Below the pieces are notes generated by a model. It saw nothing but the letters and a program-made list of their open reading frames with translations. It was not told where the DNA came from and did no database searches. This document shows, one piece after another, positions 54,151-64,000 of a stretch of DNA of 64,000 bases; position 1 is the stretch's first letter, and every line of letters starts with the position of its first letter. This DNA comes from Eledone cirrhosa (taxonomy: Eukaryota): the NCBI GenBank assembly GCA_964016885.1, contig OZ024742.1, positions 331,948,001 to 332,012,000 of the forward strand, in the 5' to 3' direction. The translations under genes were made by a program, and so were the position numbers.

Positions 54151-55690
54151 TATTTCGATCCCAGGTTGGTACCTTCCTGAGGGACGCGCTTCCTGATTAA
54201 CCATAGGAAAAGCGATTTGGTATTGTGTGTTAATTTTTATTTGTTCATCCCGCAGTACATGCTTGTGTTACGCATGGTATTGGACGTACATGGAAAGTTG
54301 CCCGGCTCTTTGGGTAGTGCATTTGCTGTCTGGCACTGAGATCAATATTACTAGTATAACAGTATAGTTATCGTCATTGCTGTTGTTGATTGAGGTGATA
54401 TTGTTATGGTTGCAGCTGTAAGAGGTGTACGAGAGTTTTCTCAACTGTTCTTGTGGTGTGAGTGGTGTTGGTGGTGGTGGTGGCAGAGAGATTAATGCTG
54501 GGGGTGTGGGTGCTGCGAGTGGTAGCGGGTAGGGTCACATTGTAGCTTATAGGAGTTGGTTCTCCGATGTTATTTTCTGTCTCTTTTGAGTTTGAGATGT
54601 AAATAGGATGCTAGTATTCTTTTTTTGTTCTTCCCCTTTGTTTTGTCCTTTATGTGGACACCATACACATACATAAATATACATGCACACGTGCATACTT
54701 ATACACACATATGTATATACACACATATATAAATATATATATATATACCCACACATTAGACACCGAGAAGGGAGGTAGGTCGCAGTCAGTGATAGTAGTC
54801 TAAAAATAGATTGGGATTTACTGGTGTGAATGTGTGAGGAAGTGGTTGTGAATGTGGTGGTGGGAGAGAGAAGTGATCTTTCAACTGTCCATTTTCCTTT
54901 CAAAATCTGAAATTTAGCCACAATCGACCAGAATGTAAAAAAAGAAAATTGTATTCGGGAAATATTTAAAAATATATATGCACCTTTCACATCTTCAGCC
55001 ACAGAGATAATTGCATCATAATTAGTCGGATTTTTTTTATTAAACAGTACTTATCCCCCGAAATAAACAGTGTGTTTTCCGATCTATGTATGTTTCTTTT
55101 CTTCAATTAATAATAGGTAAACAGCGATTGTAATGGGTAAATATATAAAAATATTTATGCAGTTCTCACAAGTAGTGTCAGATTATTTGTAGAGATAAGT
55201 GGTGAAATAATTTGTCGAATTTTCGTGTTAGGGAATACCAAATTAGACAAAAGTTACTCCTCGAAATAAGCTACGTGTGTCGTCCGATCTACGACTGTTT
55301 CTCTTCAAATAGTTTTTTTCTTTAAGTTCAAAGAGCGAACGTCTGTATACCATCATGTTTGTTTTGTGTACATTTTTCGTTGTGTTTATAATCCATGTAT
55401 GTGTAATATAATCAATAGAGTTTGTTACTTACATATATCGTTTTTCTTTTTGTTTTGATTTAAAATTCTGAGTAGTGGTGCGGCTGATATTCAGTTTCTT
55501 ATTTACACACGTGGTCCGTTATTTTAATGAAGAACATTATGTTATAAGGACGATCAGTGTACAAAATTTATTTTTTTTAGGCTTCTTTGGTATTCGTCAA
55601 TTATGTTTCGACTTCGTTTTCTTAGTGTTTTTTATTATTGCTTGTGGGGAGCTTCGTTTTGGGCGTCCATGATGTTATTCAGCCCGCTCA

Positions 55691-55732
<42 letters not shown>

Positions 55733-55735
<3 letters not shown>

Positions 55736-58700
55736 AGTTGCATTTATCTTGCTTTATGTTCATACGAGTTATCACCAAGTCACAACCAGTGACCTCAAGA
55801 GACAACAAGGTCCGCCATGTTCAAGAAAGAACATACATATTCACACATGCATCTTTAGTGTTTAGACTTGTGATGTACTTATATTGACAGAATCTTCCTT
55901 AGTATATGGGCAGTTCCCATTAGTACTATCTTTTGTATTTCTCCTATACGCGGGTTTCCTGGGATTTGCGATATGTAATCATTAGACCCCTTAGGTATCA
56001 TTCCACTGGTATTGTTTCAGTTCTCAATTTCCACATTTTTCCAATTTCTATCTCCAGGTCCTTATACTTGCTCAATTTTTCAAATGTTTTTATAGATACA
56101 TTCTTGTCTATTGGAACAGACATATCAATTAGCAGGCATACCCTCTTTTTAAAGTCCTTCAATATTATATCAGGTCTATTTGCATCTATTTTTCGGTCTG
56201 TTTGGATGCTAAAGTTCCACAACATTGAGATGTGATCTTTTTCAAGTATGGGGGATGGTTGATGCTCCCACCAATTCTTTTGATGGGGCAGGTCAAAATG
56301 CTTACACATTATCCAATGTATGTGTTGTGCGGCTCTGTCATGCCTGTTTAGGTATTCGGTTGGAGTTATAGGACTGCACACTCTGGTTGTTTTTACATAC
56401 ACGGCATAATGGGCTGCATCCATTTTTTATTATGTTGGCTTGGTAATTTTTTGTTGGCAGACACTGATCTTGTGCTGATATAATCAGTCCTTCAGTCTCC
56501 GATTTGAGTCCAGAGGATGCCAACCACTGATGGGTTAAAGTTTTGTCAACATCAGGATTGTTAGCTCGTTCTGGGTATTTTCCATACAAAGGCTTTTCTT
56601 GCCATTTCTTAGCCAGTTTCTGTAGCAGTTCTTTCTTTGCAGTTACTTTTACCTGCTTTGCTTTTTCTGTGTTTTCGATTTCAGCAGTAAATGGGACTTC
56701 TGAAATTTGTAGTCCATTACAGTATCTTTGTGCATCTTTTGTAATGGAGTATGATCTTTTGATGCTTTCGTGTTTCAAAACGAGTTTGATCATCCAATCA
56801 TGTGATTCCCTTAGATATGTAGATAATCCAATTGTTGCAGTTTTCAACGCAATGTCTAACTGGATTAACCCACGTCCTCCTTATTTCCTAGGGAGATATA
56901 TTCTATCTGTATCTGCCTTAGGATGATGCATTATGTGCATGGTTAAGAATTTTCGAATTTTTGTATCGAGCCTACGGATCTCTGTGCTTGACCAGTTGAT
57001 GACATTGGAACTGTAGGTTACTACTGGTATGGCAGGCGTGTTTATGGCATCGATCCTATTCCTTGCATTCAATTCCGTTCTTAAGATTGCTCCTACTCTG
57101 CGGTAACATTCCTTCCTTATCCTTTCCCTCATTGTCGAGTGCTTGGTTCCGTCTCCTTCACAAACACCTAGATATTTGTAAGTTTCCTCTTGATCAAGTT
57201 CTCTTATCACGTTCCCCCGATCAAGATTAATGTCTGAACTTTTCAGCAGCTTTCCTCTGGTGAACGTTGCTTTGGCGCATTTATCTAGTCCAAACTCCAT
57301 TTTAATGTCATCACTGAACTGCTCCACAGTGGATAATAGCCCTTGCAATTATTCATCATTTTTTGCAAATAGTTTCAGGTCATCCATGTAGAACAAGTGA
57401 TTAATGGTTTTGTCATAGACTTTATATCTATGTTTTGTTTCATTGAGCATTTTACTTAATGTTATAAGTGCGATGCAGAATAAAAACGGTGATAAAGAGT
57501 CACCCTGAAAAATTCCACAATTAATATTAACTTCTCCAGCTTCCAGTGATTTTGTTTCACTATTCAAAAGGAGTGCCGTTTTCCATGTCTTCATACTGAA
57601 TGACAAAAACCTCCTGACAACGGGAGATATTTTGAAAATCTCTAAACATTTTTCAATCCAACTGTGTGGCAAACTATCGAATGCTTTTTTATTATCTATC
57701 CAAGCAATTGATAGATTTTTGTGTCTATTATGACAATCTTCCAGTATCCTTTTGTTGACCAAAAGCTGATCCTTACAGCCATATGAGCCTCGTTTACACC
57801 CTTTCTTCTCAATGGGCAATAGGTCATTTGTTATCAGGTGGTCATATGTATATTCAGTTAGGACTGATGTTAAAATTGTATACATTGTGGTCAAGCAAGT
57901 TATCGGTCTGTAATTTTTGGGATTGTTTGTCTCATCATTCTTCGGAAGCAGGAATGTAATGCAGTTAACTAGCCATGAAGGTATCTTTTCTGGCTCCTTA
58001 ACTATTTCATTGTAAAGTTGGGCTAACAGCTCATGAGACTCTGTGAAGGCATTTATCCAAAAGTTATATTTATCCAACTGTTATATTTTCCCATGTTTGT
58101 TCCTCAAGGTGAGCTGTATCTTTCATTTGTCTGTCTATCCATGGGGCATGTATGTTATGAACTTTTTCTTCGGCCCAGATCTGTTCCCAGAATTCTTGCA
58201 CTTCCTCCTTGGGTGGTATTGATTTAGCAGTTATTGTTGACTTACCAATTTGTCTGTAGAAGTTTCTTTGGTTGTTTTGAGCATATTATTGACCTTATAG
58301 AATCTATATCGTTTTTCAAAGCGCCTTATACGAGCAGCTTTGGCCGACACTTTTTGCTTGATTATTTCTATCAGCATGTCTATGTCACTTGTTGATTTTA
58401 TACTGTACTTTCTTTTCAATTTTCTAAGTTTAGTTTGTTTAACATGTTCACCTACTTTATAGTTTGTTAAAATGTCTATGTCAGATCGGAGAAGGTTTAT
58501 TTGGCGATTGATGTTCTCTTGCCAAGTAGATTTCTTGTGGGAATTCCTTTGTTTTTTCATCTTCACTCCACATAAGTGAGTGGTGACTTTAGCCGATGCA
58601 TAATAGAGATTATTTAAATCAGTAATGTTTAGTTTGTTTGTGATGATAATGTTTTTGAGAATTATGTTAGTCTTGTGTATTATCTTTTGGTTCTGTTTGG

Positions 58701-59595
58701 AGTTCAGGATCTTAGGGAGGGTGTCTCATTGCCCCATGTCAGATTCTTTCATTATAATCCATTCGATCATAATTTCATCCTTCAAGTTGGCAAATTCATT
58801 CTCATTCATTTCTTTATCATTTACGATCTCATTATTTTCATTTGGAGTTTCATCCTGAGCATGCACTCCCTCCACTTTTTCGATCCTTTCTTTAATTTGT
58901 TCTGTTGCCAGTGATTCCGCCCCAACCCTGGGATTCGAAGTGTTACAGTTTACCTCGTTTTCACTGACACATGTTTCATTTTCCCTTCGCTGAATTTGTG
59001 CTAATAGCCTGATCTGATCAATTTCTATATCAGTTAGTAACTTTTTTCTTACAATATTTCTTCGTATATTGGCTAGTTTGTTACTGTCAATATAGCCTCT
59101 GTTTTCGGGATGTTTCTTTTTCCAGTTGATATATGTCTGTTCTGTATTCGATGTATTTGATGGGTAGTACATGGCAGTGTAGAAAGCCTCAAGGACTTCT
59201 TTATTATCTTCCCTTGACCATTTTTCTCTCTTTTTCTTTGGATTTCTTGGTGGTGAGCATGGAGGGCCAACAGTAGGAGTATTCCGGTTATGGGAGGTCT
59301 CCAGCTCCGAAGTGATGGGAAGGTTTGAACCATTAGCTGATTTTTCGACCCCAGTCTGGTTCCTCTCTGAGGGACGCGGCCCTTTTTTACCCGGGTGACG
59401 GCCAATCCGGTATGAGATTTTATCATTAGACATTTACTTTATTTTGTCGCGTTTTATCCTTATCCGCCAAGGGGTAATCATTTCGTGTTACCACTTCTAG
59501 AACGAGTGTCAACCAAGACTAGAGGGGTCGTTCTCCCCTAGATACACGGCTATTCCCCGCCGGCCGCCATCCCGGTATTTCTTGGTCACGGGGTT
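55733..59595 (-). mobile_element. R4/Dong-clade RLE retrotransposon E2, full length, disrupted
   Basis: ORF from 59433 with NYRPITCL, GIFQGDSLSP, LFYMDDLKLF and RPDI...LIDMSVP.D...K..KY (PD-(D/E)xK); ends in (TAA)n at 55691-55733. Confidence 0.9.
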
Positions 59596-59679
59596 TTCTT
59601 TTTGTTGTTTTTTTTAAATTGTTATTATCATGAGTGGTTCCTTAATGTGAGCATTGCGTGGCTTAAGAATGAAATTATT

Positions 59680-59732
59680 AATAATTGTCTCCACTCCAGG
59701 CACAAGGCCAGCAATCACCCAGTGCATTACAA
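59680..59732 (-). mobile_element. 3' tail fragment of the tRNA SINE
   Basis: ggcacaaggccagcaatcacccagtgcattac matches 15508-15539. Confidence 0.6.
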
Positions 59733-59950
59733 TAATATAATATACTTTTTGTTGTAGTTGGCTGTTATTGTTGTTGGCTATGTCGGTGGTGGTGCCGGGG
59801 CTTTTTATATTGTTGGTGAGGAAGGGGTGAGCCAGCAGTCCCATAGTTGTTGATGTTGACGTTGGCCAGGTCACTAAGTCAATCTATTTATATCTTTTGC
59901 TAGCCTCTCCCTTGTCTAGTGATACCGCCACCTTCCCCTTTCTCTCTCAA

Positions 59951-60001
<51 letters not shown>

Positions 60002-60007
60002 GTTATT

Positions 60008-63000
60008 ACTCTTTGAGTCTCAGTCATTGATATTAGTTAACTGGAAAGTTTGTTGAAATGAATATCAAGCCACTACCTGCAGCCTCAGATATTCAGGACG
60101 TATCGGAGGGTTCTTGCTGTTCCCAGAAAGCATGCCTTTTGAAGCGTTCCAAAAAGCGTGAAGGGGCCAATTTTCTTTAGCCATCCCTGGAAACTTTTTG
60201 AGATAGTACCTAGTGTGCCTATGACAATCGGGATCACTTTGACTTCATGGCAGTTCCAAATCCTTTTTATCTCCCACTTTAAGTCCTGGTATCGGTTAAT
60301 TTTCTCCCTCTCCTTCTCTTGCACTCTCGTGTCGAATGGGCAGGCCACATCCACAATCAGGCACGATCTTTCTTCTTTGTCCAAAACCACCAGGTCAGGT
60401 CTAGTGTGTTCCAGTTTCTTGTCCGTCTGTATCCTAACATCCCACAGCACCTTCACCTGATCGTTTTCCATCACCGCCTCTGGCTTAGGCTCATACCACT
60501 TCTCAGAATGTGGTAAATTGTTTACTTTTCATAGGTGCCAGTGTATAACCCTGCCCGTCACATCATGTCTCCATCCCTTATAGTGTGTCTGGGCTAGGTG
60601 TTTACACTCGGATACAATGTGAGCCACAGTCTCCTCTCTCTCTCTCCACAGATCCTGCACAGTGGGCTAGCCTCCTCCTTGTAAATGTGGTGTTTCAACC
60701 ACTTCGTTTTGAGGGCCTGCTCCTGCGCAGCCATTACCATTCCTTCTGTAGCCTTTTTAAGGTCTCCTCTTTTCAACCAGTTCCATGTCTGTGGATCTCT
60801 AAATTCAGTTCTCTCAAAGAAGGTACTATGAAGGGATTTTGCTGAAGGCTGCTCTTTCTCCTTGATGTTATTTCCTCCTTGGACATCCCCTGGCCTATTG
60901 TCCTCTCCTTCAGTACAGTTCTGAGCATTGGCTCCTTACTATCAGTCACGTATTTGTGTAGGTTGTTTTTCTCCATCTGAACACAGTCCTCTATGCTGAT
61001 AAGACCTCTTCCACCCTCAGATCAGCTTAAGTAGAGTCTATCGACATCATTCCTCTTGTGGAACATTGTTGTAGATAGTCAATAGCTTCCTTGTCTTCCT
61101 ATCCATTTCTTTTTGTTCAGCAACATTCCATCTCAGAATTCCCGCACTGTACCTAATAATAGACACAGCTCGGGAATTTACTGCACTTATGGCATTCCTA
61201 CTGTTCAGATGTGACTTTAATACGCTCCTTACTCTCCGAAGGTATTCAGTTCTTATCAATTCCATCAATTTTTTGTTCTTGATATCATCAGCCTCCAGCA
61301 CGCCCAAATACTTGTATCCTTCCTCAGAGTCAATTTGCTTTATCATCTCACCTGTTGGTATCTGGATTCCGTTACTTCTGCTCAACCTACCCCTCCTCAT
61401 CACAATGACTCCACACTTACTAATACCAAATTGCATACATATATCATTGCTGAAAATACGGACAGTGTCAACAAGCACATCCAACTCCTTCTCACTCTTC
61501 CCGACGAGCTTAAGATCGTCCATGAAGAGGAGGTGATTGATGGTAAGCCCTCCCTTTCCCAACCTGTATCCTGCTCTCACTTTTCGCAGTACACTGGTCA
61601 GGGGCATCAGGGCAAGGACAAACAACAGAGGGGACAGACTATCTCCCTGGAAGATACCTCTCTTGATCTTCACGCTTCCCAAGGAATCTCCAGTTGATGT
61701 TAACTGTTTCCCAGGACTTCATACTTTTTCCCAACAACTGTCTGATGTTATCTGCCACCTTGAAAATCTCCAGTCCTTTGGTGATCCAAGAATGAGGCAC
61801 CATGTCAAATGCCTTTTTGTAGTCTATCCATCCCATGGCAAGACCAGTGTGTCTCCTCTTGCAATTCCTCATTACCATCTTATCAATAAGTAACTGGTAC
61901 TTTGTACCACGTGACTTCTTTCGGCATCCTTTCTGTAACAAGTTGTTTGTGTGGAGGTGATGGTAGATTTCCTCAGACATAATGCTTGTCAACAGTTTCC
62001 ACATTACTGACAGACATGTGATAGGTCTATAGTTGATAACATGATTACCCTTGATTCGGTCTTTCATTATCAGAACTGTGGTACCTTTTGTCAACCTCTC
62101 TGGTACCTCACCTGACATCAAGCAGTCATTGAACATGGTTGTCAGTTTCGGGTGGAGGGATGTTATATTTTAATCCAATACCCCTGCACACCATCTGCGC
62201 CTGGTGATTTCCAGTTGGTTAGTTTTTTGGCCTGCCCCTTAAGAGTTTCAACTGTGATACTCAAATCAGTTTGGTGGTGTGGCTGTTCACTGATCTCCTT
62301 CTGTACTGTCTCAATCCACACTGCCTGGTCATTATGTTTAACATCCTGCTCCCATATTCCTCTCCAGAATGTTTTAGTTTGTTCCGCCTCAGGGATCAAG
62401 TCATTGCCTCTCTCTTTCCCTTCAAGCTGTCCAAACAACATCTTCTGGTTGTTGTCGAACATGCGGTAAGTCTATACTGACTGACTCTGTTCTCGTATCG
62501 CCTGATTTTTGCACTCTTTGCTACAATGCGTTGCTTCAGTTCCTCTATGATAATATTTAGTATTTTCCTAGTTTTGTACTTTATTTTCCTAGTTTTGTGC
62601 TTTATTTCCAGTCTATTTTTAGTGTCTATGTTTGTTATTGTCCCATTCAGTAGGGACTCAAGCTTTCCAATGTAATTTCTCATTTCCCTGGTTTGGACAC
62701 TCAGTCGTTTCTTCCACCAAGGCTCTGCTCTTTCTTGTCTGTTGTTTTCTCTCGCTTTTATACCAAGTAGTTTCCTCACCGTATTTGCTGTTGCTTTGAG
62801 GATATTGTTGCACTGGTGAAGGCTCCTCGCCTCAAGGTATGGGATGACTTTGTTTACCTTAGCTGTTGTTCCTTTTAACTTTTTCCTGTCTACAAATCTT
62901 AGGTTCATAGGTCTCCCACTATCATTGTTCAATTCATCTACAACTAAGTTTAGGATATCAACCAAATCTTGTCCTAGCCCGTCAGCATTCATCTCCTCAG

Positions 63001-63605
63001 TGGCCGTATCTCTGTTCCAGGTACTATTTATCTCAGCATTCAGATCATTGTCTGCTTCGGGTGGTTCCTCCGTTCTCTCGACCTCTTCACCTTCATTTCC
63101 CACAGGCTCGTTTGCCTGGCATACTCCACTCTCCATCTCCAAGCTAATCTCTCTGCTCAATTCCTCCAGTTCCAGCTCGCTTATCCACCCATTAGTTCTT
63201 ATTACCCGAGCCTGCCCGGCAAATTTTTGTTCATCTAATTTAAATAGACCAATCTCGTTCCAGATGTTATGCATCCGTTTCCTATAGCCTTTCTCCTTAG
63301 GTAACATTGCATAACAGTTCTATTCAATTATTTCGTCCAGTTGGTTCTGGTCCCTTTCCTTCTTCTTCTTCCTCCGACACCAGCAGTATTTGGTTGACAG
63401 CCAGGTCCCTGCTGCTGAGCCAGGGAGCACCTGTTGGATGAGAGTCTGTCACATGACATTCTAGTCTCCATTTCACCGTTATTCGAACTGTTTAGGTTCG
63501 ACATTTAAACACTCTTATCGAGGATTGGCGAATGTATGGTTACATAACCACCGGTGAATTCATCGTCTCCGGTGGTTTCGTCACTCCACGTGACTTTTGT
63601 GTGGC
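60008..63605 (-). mobile_element. R4/Dong-clade RLE retrotransposon E3, near full length, disrupted
   Basis: WKSPGADGVQGYW, WIDYKKAFDMVPH, GIFQGDSLSPLLF, LLFMDDLKL, CRIC, RPDLVV...DVACPFD; ends in (TAA)n at 59952-60008. Confidence 0.9.
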
Positions 63606-64000
63606 ATTATCACGCTGTAGACGAACACAAATAAACAAACAAACAAACAGGCAGAAAAAACCCCAAAAATGAATAAGCATAAGTTTCATTGTAATGTAGT
63701 GTTCGAATGTCTGACTTAGATTTTCCCTTCCCTTCTCTGTCCGTCTGTTTGTTTTTTCTCTTCATTCTTATTTTCTTTACGTTTTTCGTTGTTGCTGTGC
63801 TGCTTTGATTTTGATTTTTGTCTTTTTGATTTGACCGAGTCATCAATTCAGTCTATTTATATATTTTGATGCCTTCCTCTTTTAGTGAGAATTCTACAAT
63901 GTAGCAGGGGCTAGCGGGAGAGATTAGCGGCGGTAGTGATAATGAGGCAGTAGTGGTGGTGGTGGTGGTCGTGGCGGTGCTGTGCTAGCAGCAACTAGCA

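Overview
AT-rich, microsatellite-dense eukaryotic DNA. It is probably intergenic or intronic; the tRNA-derived SINE resembles SINEs I recall from octopod cephalopods, which is an inference. No host protein-coding gene is supportable. The window is almost entirely retroelements: two copies of one Tx1/L1-clade LINE, both starting in (ATT)n; a 6.3-kb head-to-head palindrome of a Penelope-like element (PLE; RT plus C-terminal GIY-YIG); a second fold-back PLE remnant; four co-oriented R4/Dong-type RLE retrotransposons ending in (TAA)n; and CR1/L2, RTE, mariner and SINE relics. The most interesting unannotated layer is a set of non-coding modules inserted in (AT)n tracts. They carry type I hammerhead ribozyme motifs, several with the palindromic stem III typical of PLE dimeric hammerheads, and they repeatedly form fold-back inverted repeats from about 110 bp to 6.3 kb. 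In one family three independent copies fold back just upstream of the hammerhead GAAA and stop at the same downstream position. All alignments and RNA folds were done by eye and none is computationally confirmed.
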